Both the position numbers and the translations under genes were made by a program. DNA of 64,000 bases, taken from the NCBI RefSeq assembly GCF_056746865.1, contig NZ_CM163382.1; one strand, given 5' to 3'. The notes below the pieces were generated by a model. It ran no database searches. It was not told the DNA's origin and worked only from the letters and a program-made list of their open reading frames with translations. How positions within the stretch are numbered: the first letter of the stretch is position 1; the number at the start of each line of letters is the position of its first letter. Shown in pieces: positions 20,332-30,335 of the stretch.

Positions 20332-23304
20332 TTACCAGTGCACTCCAATGGTGAGAAACGCGTTGTTGCGCTCTCCGTTACGTTGATTAATCGCCTTAAA
20401 GGTATGTTGATATTCGACGCCGAGACTGACTTTGTGCGGCCAGGCGTCGTAGTGCGTCTCGCCGGTCCAGATATTCCAGCGGACCCCGACACCGCCAAGC
20501 TGCGCGCCCTGAGTGCCTTTATCACGATAACCGTTGTCCTGAACGTGAGCGTAAGGCTCAATAGTCTGCCCGTTCGCCACCTTCTGATGCCAGCTGACGC
20601 GATAATCTGCCGTCCACGCCTGAATATCCTGACGGACATATTGCGCCGCATCGAGGTACAGGTTTTGGGCAAACCAGCCTGAACCGTTCGGGTGCCATTC
20701 GTCGCTGTATTTGCCGCCATTAAAGAATGAGGCGCTGGCGCGCAGCATGGTATCGGATGCGCCATTTTGCCCGTTCAGCGGCAACTGCTGTTCGACGGCG
20801 AGGAAAAAGATCTGATCGCGCAGCGGCTTCCAGCGCAGACCGGTGCCGGACATCGGATTTTTCACCGGCATCATCACCCCGTTTTCTCCGGTATCGGCAA
20901 AGACGCGGCTATAAACTGAGAGCAGGTCGCCTTCCAGCAGCATATTGCGTCCGATGCGGTACTCGGCTTCCAGTTGCCCATAGCTACGATAGCTTTTCCC
21001 TGGCGCTGCGCCGCCGACATTATTGTTAGCGGTACTCATTGCGCCGGAACGCAAGCCGATAGAAGAATCGAAACTGAACGTCCAGCGGCGACCGACCTCC
21101 TCATGCAGACGGCGGAAATTGAAGCGTTGCTGATTTTGCTCTGGGGTCAGTGGGGTTATCAGCGCCTGATTATCAATGTCATCAATCACCAGCCGGGCGT
21201 AGTGCTGCGTCGCAGGCATGTCATCCAGACGCTGGTTCACGTAGGCCAGTTGTCGGATAAGTGCCGGATCGTCCGGTAGCCCTTTATGCGCCTGTTCGAG
21301 CATTTCCCGCGACTGTGCGATATCACCGCTATCCCACAAGGCGTAACCAAGCGCTGCCTGGGTGTTGCTATTATTCGGTTCCAGTTCCAGCGCGGCGCGC
21401 AAATCACTCACCGCCGCCGGGACATTATGACGTTGGCGATAAATTGTCGCCCGCGCAACGTAAGCGTTGGCAGAAGGCGCAATATTGATTGAGCGCGTGA
21501 GATCGTTCAGTGCGAGTTCCGGCTGACCAGGAATGTAACGTTGCGCATGCAGCCACCAGTAGAGGGCATTGTTTCCCAGCCCACGTTGTTCTGCCTGCTG
21601 AAGCCAGCGATCGCGAGCCGCACCATTTCCTGCCGCCTGGGCGGTATTGGCAGCAGCAAGCAGATCCTCATTGCTCATGTCGTGAAGACTGATTTTCTGC
21701 CAGGCCGCCAGTGCGGTGGCGTAGTCCTCAACCTGATACGCCTGATAGGCTACCGCACGATGTTGCCAGGCGTTCGGTTGTCGTTGTTCGGCCTGAAGCC
21801 ATGCATACAACGCCACACCGGGTAGCGTGTCCCGATAACACTTTGCCAGACGGTTCCAGGCGGCAGCATCGTAGGAAGGCGACATATCGCCCAGCAAGCG
21901 AACTATTGCCGGGCAATTATCTGCAATACCCGGCAACTGACTTTGCCACTGACGTTGCTCCGCCAGCGGTAAGGGTTTCGATAAAATCGCCACCTTCGCC
22001 GGAGTTGCCAGGTAAGGATGACTTTCCAGCAGAGACGCCAGTCGCGCCATTAACGTCTGGCTGACACGCGCATCGCCCTGGAAAGGATAGCGTTGCAGCA
22101 ATAAATCGGCAGCTTCGCGTGACTGCTCGTTCTGCATCAGTTGCCAGGTCAGTTGATCCAGGCGGGTAAGATTTGCCGGTTCTTGCTGATACAGCAATCG
22201 TGCCAGACGCAGAGCTTCAGCCTTGTTACGGGTCGCCACGCTAACGGTATAACGCTCCTCAAGCATTTCATTGGCGGGGAGGGTGGCGAGCAGTTTTTGC
22301 GCTGCGTCGTACTGACCTTCTTTTAACAGCACCGGTAGCGTCGCGCCAACAACATACTGGCGGTTATCGGCAAACTGTACCGTATAATTCGCCAACGCCA
22401 GAACGGGGTTGGCGCTGTATTTAGATAACAGATAGAGCCAACTTTTCTCTTGTGCATCCGTGGTAAACAGCGGCTTATTTTCAATGAGATAACGCTGGAG
22501 GCGTGCTTTTTCGTCACGATAAGCCAGCGCGGTCGCGTAAGTAATATATGACTGCGGATCGGTGAAGATCCCCTGTGATTGCAGCGCCAGGATCCGATCG
22601 TCCAGCTGCCCGGCAAGAAGCACATCAAACCACTGGCGGCGTTCTGCCGCGCTTAATGTGTTCTGCTGGCGTGCTTCATTGTATAGCGTATCTGCCTGGG
22701 ACCATTGCTTCAGGTAGATTGCCCGTTGCAGCAGATCGGTTCGCAGCGTTTTTCCTTCCGGCGATGCAGCAAACGTCGCATCGTTCAGTTGCGCTCTGGC
22801 GACAGGTAATTGTGCCAGCCGCAGGGCATTCTGCCCAACTTCACTGCGACAACGCAGGGTCGGCGCAGCATCGCACGCTTTTTGCTGGGCAAGCAGTTCT
22901 TCAACAGTCGTAACGCTTTTCACTTCAACTGGAATAGCCGCCAGACTGCGCTCAAGTCGGGCATCTCCTGGGTGACGTTTCAGTTGATCCTCAAGCAACA
23001 GCCGCGCCCGGTCATCATGACCAAAATGGCGATAGGCTTCCGCAAGGTATAAAGTTAGCGGAATATTATCCGGCACCTGCTGGTGTATATATTCAAATTC
23101 GCGGATGGCGGTTGCTTCGTCGTTATTTTTCTGTGCCTTCAGCGCCTTGTCGAGACGGGGATAAATAACAAAATGGCGATAATCGCTCAGCCCCAGCTCT
23201 TCTGCGCTGGTGCCGATATTGTCTGCGAGTGCGCTGGTACTCAATAAAGACGTCAGCAGTAAACCAGACCATCCGATGACGCGATTAAGGTTATTCTCCT
23301 TCAT
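20332..23304 (-). CDS. nfrA: NfrA: TPR-repeat periplasmic domain plus C-terminal outer-membrane beta-barrel (990 aa)
   Basis: ORF track gives 997 aa; start placed at MKENNLNRVIGWSGLLL (ATG at 23304) to match E. coli NfrA; C-terminus ends ...NAFLTIGVHW, typical of an outer-membrane barrel. Confidence 0.9.
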   Translation of the reverse strand: MKENNLNRVIGWSGLLLTSLLSTSALADNIGTSAEELGLSDYRHFVIYPRLDKALKAQKNNDEATAIREFEYIHQQVPDNIPLTLYLAEAYRHFGHDDRARLLLEDQLKRHPGDARLERSLAAIPVEVKSVTTVEELLAQQKACDAAPTLRCRSEVGQNALRLAQLPVARAQLNDATFAASPEGKTLRTDLLQRAIYLKQWSQADTLYNEARQQNTLSAAERRQWFDVLLAGQLDDRILALQSQGIFTDPQSYITYATALAYRDEKARLQRYLIENKPLFTTDAQEKSWLYLLSKYSANPVLALANYTVQFADNRQYVVGATLPVLLKEGQYDAAQKLLATLPANEMLEERYTVSVATRNKAEALRLARLLYQQEPANLTRLDQLTWQLMQNEQSREAADLLLQRYPFQGDARVSQTLMARLASLLESHPYLATPAKVAILSKPLPLAEQRQWQSQLPGIADNCPAIVRLLGDMSPSYDAAAWNRLAKCYRDTLPGVALYAWLQAEQRQPNAWQHRAVAYQAYQVEDYATALAAWQKISLHDMSNEDLLAAANTAQAAGNGAARDRWLQQAEQRGLGNNALYWWLHAQRYIPGQPELALNDLTRSINIAPSANAYVARATIYRQRHNVPAAVSDLRAALELEPNNSNTQAALGYALWDSGDIAQSREMLEQAHKGLPDDPALIRQLAYVNQRLDDMPATQHYARLVIDDIDNQALITPLTPEQNQQRFNFRRLHEEVGRRWTFSFDSSIGLRSGAMSTANNNVGGAAPGKSYRSYGQLEAEYRIGRNMLLEGDLLSVYSRVFADTGENGVMMPVKNPMSGTGLRWKPLRDQIFFLAVEQQLPLNGQNGASDTMLRASASFFNGGKYSDEWHPNGSGWFAQNLYLDAAQYVRQDIQAWTADYRVSWHQKVANGQTIEPYAHVQDNGYRDKGTQGAQLGGVGVRWNIWTGETHYDAWPHKVSLGVEYQHTFKAINQRNGERNNAFLTIGVHW

Positions 23305-25528
23305 TTTCGGACTCCAGTTGCGCAACCTGTTCTGTGTTTAAACCTGCTTTGAGTAATAGTGATTGCATCGAAACTTGTAATTCGCGTTGAATTGTCAGGA
23401 CGCGATCCAACGTTTCCTGGCTGATAACGCCTTCGGTGACCAAAAACTTGCCGAGCGGCAGAGAACTGCGTTCATGGCGCAATAACAACACGTTAATTGC
23501 TGAACGATTAATATGACCGAGCGTGGTCAGTATTTCGGCGAACAGGAACTGATGCGGCACATATTGCCGCCAGATTTCACCGGCCTGCTGTTCCGTGAGC
23601 CACTGATGCTGAACCGCATTGTACAACATTGCCCGCGGATCGTGACCGCGTCGGCGCGCATACCAGTGGCGTAACCCCGTGACAATTTGTCCCCGCAGAA
23701 CAATGACGTAACGCACTTTGCGTCCGACTTTACGCGTCAGGGCCGCCAGCGAAACCGGGTCAATACCATCTTCACTGCCGACAATTAACTCATCATTTTC
23801 CAGACGCAGCGGCAGCACTGCATAATGCAGCGCCACGGAGGCCGGCATTTCGGCAATCAGTGATGAAGGGATCTGCCAGGCGTCGATCGACTCCCACGCC
23901 ACGCCGTTTTGCTCTGCCAGCGCCTGTGCCAGCTGTTCGGCGCTAATCAGCCCCTGCATCAGCATTGAACCGCCCAGGCGTAGACCTTCGACGCGATTAC
24001 GCAGTGCTGTATCGAGTTGTTCTTCAGTGATGACCTGATTTTCCAGCAGGATTTGACCTAACGGACGCAACGAGCGGGTATCGCCAGTCACGCTGGGGAA
24101 GTCATGCGTTGTTTTATCCCACGCGACACGACGTGGATCGCCGTGTTGAAGTACCTGTTTTAACGCGCGCCAGTTGGCCATGAAGTTAATCAGGTTGCCC
24201 CAGAAAAGACGCAGGACAGATAGCAGCCCCTGCGTCAGGCCGTAGTAGCCAGTAACGAAAATCACCCGCTGCACGATGCGGTTAATCATCAAGCCAAAGT
24301 TTAGCCACAGCAGAGTCATTAACCATGCGCTGCCGCTGAAAATAGAAAGGAAATGCCAGGCATCGGGCCACAAACTTTCATACGCCAGCAACAGCAAAAG
24401 CTGGATCATCACCAGCATCGCGAGGAAGCTGACAAAGTTACTGATTGCCCCTTTGCGGTCGCGCCAGAGAAAGTAGTTCAGCGTCAGACTGGAGGTCCAT
24501 TTGTGGGTTTTAAAGCCCTGGAAAACAATGCCGATGATCCAGCGAGATTTTTGTCGAACCGCAGTCGAAAAGGTATCGGGGAAATATTCGCGCACGCAGA
24601 TCATGTTTGACGTCCGCGCGTGCTGTAAAAATTTACGCTGCTCGCGTTCTTTGGCTTCGTCCACCACCGGAAAACGGACAAAAATTTCCGTCATACCTTT
24701 TTCTTTCAGGCGGAAACCAATGTCGTAATCTTCAGTAAGACTCTGCACGTCGAAAGCAATACCATCACCGTCAGCTAACAGTGCGGTCACGGCGCGGCGG
24801 CTGAAACAAGTACCGACGCCTGCGCTGGGCACCTGTCCGGCGAGGGCTTCACGCACCGGAACATCTATGCCATGCAGTTCTGAAAACTCATCAATGTAAG
24901 TCATGCTGGTGAAGTGCGTCCATTCGCGTTCGAATGGGTATACCGGGATCTGAATCAGATCTTTACGCTCGACCAGATAGTTGAACAGACGCAATTCCAT
25001 CGGTGAAATTACGTCTTCGGCGTCATGCAGAATAAAACCAGCAAAAGCGAAATTGGCGCTACGCTCAAACTGGGTGATGGCGTCCAGCACGTTGTTCAGG
25101 CAGTCGGCTTTGCTGGTGGGGCCAGGACGCGCGCAGACTACCTTATGCACGTTTGGGAAGCGAGCGCACACTTCGTCAACATCACGCTGAGTATCGGGGT
25201 CGTTGGGGTAGGTGCCAACAAAGATATGATAGTTTTCATAGTCGAGCGTGGTCGCCGCCAGCTCGGCCATATTGCCGATGACGCCCGTTTCATTCCACGC
25301 CGGAACCATAATCGCTAACGGTTTTTCATCTGGTTTATACAGTTCGCGGTAACTCATTCGCGGGTAGCGGCGATAAACACTCAACTTGCGTTTAATGCGG
25401 CGTACCCAGTAGACGACATCAATAAAAAAATCGTCCAGCCCGCTGATGAACATGATGACCGCTAACGTTATCGCGATTACTTTTAAGCCGTAGAGCCAGG
25501 TAGCAAAAACATCAAGAAGCCAGTCCAC
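23291..25528 (-). CDS. nfrB: NfrB: inner-membrane family-2 glycosyltransferase with C-terminal cytoplasmic regulatory domain (745 aa)
   Basis: 745-aa ORF, N-terminal TM helix, GT2-like core; 14-nt overlap with nfrA start; matches E. coli NfrB. Confidence 0.9.
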   Translation of the reverse strand: MDWLLDVFATWLYGLKVIAITLAVIMFISGLDDFFIDVVYWVRRIKRKLSVYRRYPRMSYRELYKPDEKPLAIMVPAWNETGVIGNMAELAATTLDYENYHIFVGTYPNDPDTQRDVDEVCARFPNVHKVVCARPGPTSKADCLNNVLDAITQFERSANFAFAGFILHDAEDVISPMELRLFNYLVERKDLIQIPVYPFEREWTHFTSMTYIDEFSELHGIDVPVREALAGQVPSAGVGTCFSRRAVTALLADGDGIAFDVQSLTEDYDIGFRLKEKGMTEIFVRFPVVDEAKEREQRKFLQHARTSNMICVREYFPDTFSTAVRQKSRWIIGIVFQGFKTHKWTSSLTLNYFLWRDRKGAISNFVSFLAMLVMIQLLLLLAYESLWPDAWHFLSIFSGSAWLMTLLWLNFGLMINRIVQRVIFVTGYYGLTQGLLSVLRLFWGNLINFMANWRALKQVLQHGDPRRVAWDKTTHDFPSVTGDTRSLRPLGQILLENQVITEEQLDTALRNRVEGLRLGGSMLMQGLISAEQLAQALAEQNGVAWESIDAWQIPSSLIAEMPASVALHYAVLPLRLENDELIVGSEDGIDPVSLAALTRKVGRKVRYVIVLRGQIVTGLRHWYARRRGHDPRAMLYNAVQHQWLTEQQAGEIWRQYVPHQFLFAEILTTLGHINRSAINVLLLRHERSSLPLGKFLVTEGVISQETLDRVLTIQRELQVSMQSLLLKAGLNTEQVAQLESENEGE

Positions 25529-25864
25529 ACAAAAACCTTACATTAACGCTGGTTATGTTTAGGGTGGCGTATATTAAGGTTTTTTATGAATTGTGACAGC
25601 TTTTTACCATTAATAGGTATGACTATTGCGGCACGTTATTTTTACACTGGTTATAAAAGTTGCCGTTTGCGTAGAATGTAGACAAAAGCGTGGTGTCAAG
25701 GAGGGGCGGTAAACGTCATAGTGAAGAGGAGTGGTGGCACCGATCAGGTCATCATGTAGTGTAAGCGTCTGGAGGAGGTGAGCAGGGGAGATCATTTTCC
25801 CCGTGCTGAACAAAAAGACGGCGTTGCTGTGGGTACAGGAAGGCTAACTTCATTTCTCTTTAGA

Positions 25865-26401
25865 TTATTTAAGTTTAATATTCAACCAGGAAATAAAGAA
25901 CGTTAAAATAACAAAGGAAAAAACAATCAAAGAGACATTCCTGAAAAATACGTGCTCATAAAAAAGATAAAAAACGTACAAAATTGGGCACGCAACTTTC
26001 AGGACGTTTATATGTTTAGAATTCTCTTTATCTTTAAAGTTAAAATTACATAAAAATATAAAGAAATATGAAAGCATGGCTGAAAACATCATTGATAAGG
26101 CGCGATATGGCAGTCCTGAATTAAAGGTTTCGACTCCTAATAATATTGTCGATAGCGTTGCAATTATAATTGCCACTTTTTTACTAGAGGTGAAAGTAAC
26201 GACAAAAAATATCAATGATATAAATAAGAAAGAAAAAAATATGTAAATATTTGTTGATATATGTACTTTATGAGGAACTGTAAAATAGGTATAACTGATT
26301 GTAATTATGATGGTAATTATTCTGTATAGCATGCATGCTAACAGGCCAATCAGTAGTTTGTTCGCAAATTTATAAGGGGATTCGCTATTGGTTGATTGCA
26401 T
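25865..26401 (-). CDS. Hypothetical polytopic membrane protein (178 aa), AT-rich
   Basis: Four to five strongly hydrophobic segments; very AT-rich codon usage; no recognisable catalytic motif. Confidence 0.4.
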   Translation of the reverse strand: MQSTNSESPYKFANKLLIGLLACMLYRIITIIITISYTYFTVPHKVHISTNIYIFFSFLFISLIFFVVTFTSSKKVAIIIATLSTILLGVETFNSGLPYRALSMMFSAMLSYFFIFLCNFNFKDKENSKHINVLKVACPILYVFYLFYEHVFFRNVSLIVFSFVILTFFISWLNIKLK

Positions 26402-26465
26402 GGTTATTATGCTCTTGAATTGTGTATTTTATTGGAATGTTTCTTGGTTAACTAAAACAATGCAT

Positions 26466-26894
26466 TTAATAGGTGGTGGTGTAAATATCAATGTCATACT
26501 CATTATCACAGACTACTATTACTCTACGAGTTATGTCAAAAAATAACGTTAAATCATAGGTTCCCTGTTCTCTGAAAATACTCTGCGCAAATGACGTGAA
26601 ATTATTCCCATTTATAACTATTTTTACTTTACCTTCATAGATAAGCCAGCAACGAAAACATTCAGCTGTACCAGATAATGTCACTATCTGACTGATTAGA
26701 AGATTTATATTTACCGGATGAGGTAAAAAAAGTCTGTCGTTGAGGCAATCAATATTATGTGTTTGATGAAACTCTTTTCTCATTAATGAAGAGTTATCAT
26801 ATAGCAGGGTTATACTAAACGAGTCAATTCCGTCAAGCTTTTGCATAAATTTGTTTGCTTTATAAATAAGCAACTTTGCTTGTGTTTTTGTCAT
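26466..26894 (-). CDS. Hypothetical protein (142 aa), AT-rich island gene
   Basis: ORF with consistent AT-rich codon usage, same strand and close spacing with neighbours; no motif recognised. Confidence 0.35.
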   Translation of the reverse strand: MTKTQAKLLIYKANKFMQKLDGIDSFSITLLYDNSSLMRKEFHQTHNIDCLNDRLFLPHPVNINLLISQIVTLSGTAECFRCWLIYEGKVKIVINGNNFTSFAQSIFREQGTYDLTLFFDITRRVIVVCDNEYDIDIYTTTY

Positions 26895-26921
26895 GATGGT
26901 GATCTTTTATGCAAGGGGGAA

Positions 26922-27368
26922 TTATTGGAATTCAAATGTTTTATATTCCTCTGTAATCATCTTTAAACTTAACATAGCCATGTCTCGGGTATCTTCATCA
27001 TCAGATTGTAGAGAAATATTTAATCCTTTAATTAAGGTGTTATCGGGAAAAGCCATTGCCAATAATGTACACCAACATCGGACACTTTTTATTGTCAGAG
27101 GATTTTCCAGTATGTTGGCGATATTTGAAGCTATAATGTTTTTATCACACTTGTACAAAAAATCTTCGACCAACTGATATACACCGAAGCCATCACCTTC
27201 CCCAAACGATTGTAAAAATAACGGTATGGCTTCTTCAGCAGGATTTGCAGAAAAATAAAGCCTTACATTGTTATATTTATTGATAAGTTCCTGAGTGATG
27301 TCATAATCATTTGGCATAGGTTGGTTTAGAGCAAGGAATGCTAATGCTTCTTTTTTAGTCATATTCAT
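26922..27368 (-). CDS. Hypothetical protein (148 aa), AT-rich island gene, possible immunity-type protein
   Basis: 27-nt spacing to the downstream gene; small acidic cytoplasmic protein; immunity role is inferred from context only. Confidence 0.35.
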   Translation of the reverse strand: MNMTKKEALAFLALNQPMPNDYDITQELINKYNNVRLYFSANPAEEAIPLFLQSFGEGDGFGVYQLVEDFLYKCDKNIIASNIANILENPLTIKSVRCWCTLLAMAFPDNTLIKGLNISLQSDDEDTRDMAMLSLKMITEEYKTFEFQ

Positions 27369-27698
27369 AATGGTTAATATTGCTTGCTGGAAGAATTAAG
27401 GTAAAAATGGTTCATAGACAGAATTAAATAGGAAGTCTTGTTTCCAGATAACTTTATCATGAAAAAGAGATTTGGCTTGATGCGTATAAAGATTATGAGG
27501 ATAAATAGTTTCTCCACCATAAATGATGTTCTTTCCCGTTACACCGGAGAATTCATTGGCTATAATCTGTCGTTTAAGCCAGTGAATGACTTTACATAAG
27601 CATATTAATTTATCCTTAGAATCAGTTGTGTTAATTTCAGTAAGTTGTAAAATCTTTTCCCCATTATACTCAACTAAATGCCCCGGCTTTATTTCAAT

Positions 27699-27941
27699 TC
27701 AACCACAATAACGATCAATGCTACTAAACTTTATTCTTCTATTGTTAGGTTTAATGCTGGGCATAAGATAAATTCGATGTGCTACGGCAGGGATCTTTTC
27801 TGTTAAGACATTTAATTGCTTAGAGTATTCATCTTGTAGTGTAAACCAAATTGAATGTAATTTGTATTTTGAGGCTACAATCGCGAGCCAATTAGACAGT
27901 TCCTCGTTCGTGCAAAAAACATTTATCCTGGCAGTTGCCAT
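27699..27941 (-). CDS. Small hypothetical ORF (80 aa), possibly a remnant of a decayed gene
   Basis: Short ORF followed by about 330 bp with no long frame; may be part of a frameshifted larger gene. Confidence 0.2.
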   Translation of the reverse strand: MATARINVFCTNEELSNWLAIVASKYKLHSIWFTLQDEYSKQLNVLTEKIPAVAHRIYLMPSIKPNNRRIKFSSIDRYCG

Positions 27942-28185
27942 TCGTAATCCTTTTTATATAAGATTGTGTGAATGTCACCGAAACAACTTGATATGAATAA
28001 AATAGCTAAAGCGAAATGGATGACGTGTTACTAAAAAACCATTCTGAAAAGGAAGCCTGAATAAACGCGATGACGAAACTTCCACTCTCCATGTTTCATC
28101 AGAAAAATAACTAAATTCGATGTGGTTTTCATATAATCTCATTTCACGTAAGGTTCCGCTACCATAAGGGACCGCAATCAGGGAA

Positions 28186-29445
28186 AGATTACGAAAGCCC
28201 GCTCCCAGCAAGGACTGACGCCAGATAGTTTCTGTCCATGGCTGCTTTTCGCATCTTACGTCTTAACCCTGCCTTGAATACCTTATCATTCGTCAAAATA
28301 TTAATAGCGATGTGCCGTATCCCTGAAAATAATTCTGCGGCGTTTCCTCTTCTTATTTTGCAGTCGTCTTCATTCATTACCACGTCCAGACGCCAGTGCA
28401 GCTTATTCTCCACGTGCCAGCGGTTTCGGATTGCTGTGGCGAACTTCTCTGCGGTTAAATCAGCAGAACTGATATAATATCTGACCGTCATTTCTGGCTC
28501 TTTCTTTTGTTCTGCTATTATTGACCGAAAGGAGACTGCCACGCATAATTTCTTCAGACCTTTCCATTCAAACGTGAAATCAATAAGTTCATCAGGGACA
28601 TCGCAAACAATGTGAAGACGGATTTCTTCTCTGCCGTGACTCTTTTCACTAATTGCGTAACTGTCATGCTCTGGATTATTTAATTCTTTCAGTGGGAATT
28701 TTTCCTCAAAGGCTTTATTAAGCCGCCCCTGATTTCCTTTTACAGCGAATAAATAATCACCGCCCTGTTTTTGTATCTTCTCTGCAATATCTTTCTGGCA
28801 ACCCATCGCATCAGTTGTGATGATTTTTCCTTTAATATCCAGCATGTTAAGAAGTTCAGGGATAGCTGTAATCTCATTTGATTTCTCATCCGTCCTGATC
28901 TGTCCGATGACCAGACTGTGCATTGTTGAGAACGCACTAATGACATGAATCGCTCCCTTGCGGCGACTCTTGTCATAAGAATGCCGGAGTGTTTTTCCAT
29001 CAATTGCGATGACGTCTTTATCATCTGAAGAATGGCAGTCACGCATCCAGTTAATAAAGCACTCGTGAAATTTTGCAGGACTGATACAGGATACAACTCT
29101 GGCAATAGTATCGTGAACAGGAATACCATTATCAAAATCACCATATTGCTTCAAAAAATCGAGATGTGTTTCCCCAAAATCCTCTATATCTTCCCAGCCT
29201 TCTGCACCCGAAATAACGGCACAAATAGTCAACAGTAGAATATCCGATAATTTATGTTCCACTTTCCAGGCTTGTCTGTAATCGGGGATAATAGAAATAT
29301 GTTCCATCAATTTTTTAAGTTCCATTTTGTTCTCCTTAATTATGTAAGGAGTATTTGATCATGTATAAGCAATAAAAAACAGCTTCAGGTAATGAGGAAT
29401 ATCTCAATTTGTAAACATAAAATGCGAATTATTTAGTACAAAAAG
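28186..29445 (-). mobile_element. H-rpt (H-repeat, ISAs1-family) element, copy 1
   Basis: About 1.26-kb block repeated at 30336-31598 with near identity; encodes the H-repeat-associated transposase. Confidence 0.8.
28189..29325 (-). CDS. H-repeat-associated protein / ISAs1-family transposase (378 aa, intact)
   Basis: 378-aa [57 protein letters not shown]... matches E. coli H-rpt proteins (YhhI-like). Confidence 0.85.
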   Translation of the reverse strand: MELKKLMEHISIIPDYRQAWKVEHKLSDILLLTICAVISGAEGWEDIEDFGETHLDFLKQYGDFDNGIPVHDTIARVVSCISPAKFHECFINWMRDCHSSDDKDVIAIDGKTLRHSYDKSRRKGAIHVISAFSTMHSLVIGQIRTDEKSNEITAIPELLNMLDIKGKIITTDAMGCQKDIAEKIQKQGGDYLFAVKGNQGRLNKAFEEKFPLKELNNPEHDSYAISEKSHGREEIRLHIVCDVPDELIDFTFEWKGLKKLCVAVSFRSIIAEQKKEPEMTVRYYISSADLTAEKFATAIRNRWHVENKLHWRLDVVMNEDDCKIRRGNAAELFSGIRHIAINILTNDKVFKAGLRRKMRKAAMDRNYLASVLAGSGLS

Positions 29446-29673
29446 TGTACTTCTGATGATCTTTCCCTGGGAGGTGATACTGACCGTCTGCCCGAATTCG
29501 TCATAGAGGAAAAACGTCGCGCCGCCCTCCGGGTCAATTTCACACACCGGAAGCCGGTCTTCACTGAAGCGGATAATGGTGGTATGCCCCAGCGAATCAG
29601 TCATCTCCAGCTCATGGCAGAAATCATTCCATACAAAGTGGTAGTCGTAGTACCCGCCGTCGCCCAACAGCAA
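29446..29673 (-). pseudogene. Rhs (YD-repeat) core fragment, truncated by H-rpt copy 1
   Basis: Translation ...DSLGHTTIIRFSEDRLPVCEIDPEGGATFFLYDEFGQTVSITSQGKIIRS has the YD-repeat pattern (DPxGG...YxYD...G); the frame runs into the H-rpt boundary. Confidence 0.5.
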
Positions 29674-29690
29674 TCAATCATCGAATCAAA

Positions 29691-30152
29691 TTAACTTGAC
29701 AAGGTTTTTATTTTTTCGTGTTCGAAAAATAAATGTAGCATAGCGTCATTAATATTACCGCCTATAATACAAAAATAGTTATCAAAACCACCATAAAGAG
29801 CACCATCATCTGAAATAAAATATGTCATATGCTCAGAAAAACCAACACCAACAGGACATAAACGCTTATTGACCAATGGTTCATAGACTTCAGTTATCCA
29901 TTTAGAGTCTATCCAACCAGCAGCTTTTATTGGATCAAAATCGGATTTATCATACTCATTAGGATCTGAATAAGATTCATGCCGTACTATCAACCCTCCA
30001 AACTCTGATAAAAAATCACAAATAATTTCATTAACAAAATATTTCTTAATGGATAAACACTTTATATATTTATCTATGTTTTCTTTTCTGCCATAGTGCC
30101 ATCCATTTTGCAACAGGACACTCATCACTTGTTTATTCGTTATATGATTCAT
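29691..30152 (-). CDS. SUKH-like (SMI1/KNR4-type) candidate immunity protein (153 aa)
   Basis: Size and motifs (FLSEFGGLIV..., LCPVGVGFSEHMTYFISDDGALYGGF...) resemble SUKH immunity proteins; sits directly after a toxin-tip remnant and before an Rhs core fragment. Confidence 0.5.
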   Translation of the reverse strand: MNHITNKQVMSVLLQNGWHYGRKENIDKYIKCLSIKKYFVNEIICDFLSEFGGLIVRHESYSDPNEYDKSDFDPIKAAGWIDSKWITEVYEPLVNKRLCPVGVGFSEHMTYFISDDGALYGGFDNYFCIIGGNINDAMLHLFFEHEKIKTLSS

Positions 30153-30154
30153 AA

Positions 30155-30335
30155 TTACCCCGTTAATACATTAATTCCTAAATATTTGAAAATTTCCTGA
30201 CAGTTTCTACAGTTCGGAAAAGCACTTCCATCACCAGTATGAACTGTAGCCATTTCCAAATCATGCAACGATGAATTATCTTTGAGAGCTTTATTCACCG
30301 CATCTATTTCAGCACAATTATTAACAGCCCAAGGC
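30155..30335 (-). pseudogene. Remnant of a toxin C-terminal tip, possibly deaminase-like, truncated by H-rpt copy 2
   Basis: Short frame whose 5' end is cut by the H-rpt boundary; contains a C-x-x-C element (FPNCRNCQ) loosely resembling the zinc-binding motif of deaminase toxins; weak. Confidence 0.3.

Noticed and set aside
20304-23052. Multiple plus-strand ORFs of 60-150 aa within nfrA
   Set aside because: Antisense to nfrA; GC-rich antisense frames, no support.
27975-28211. 78-aa ORF at the left end of H-rpt copy 1
   Set aside because: Its first ~9 codons lie inside the H-rpt terminus and the rest in flanking DNA; a chimeric frame created by the insertion, not a gene.
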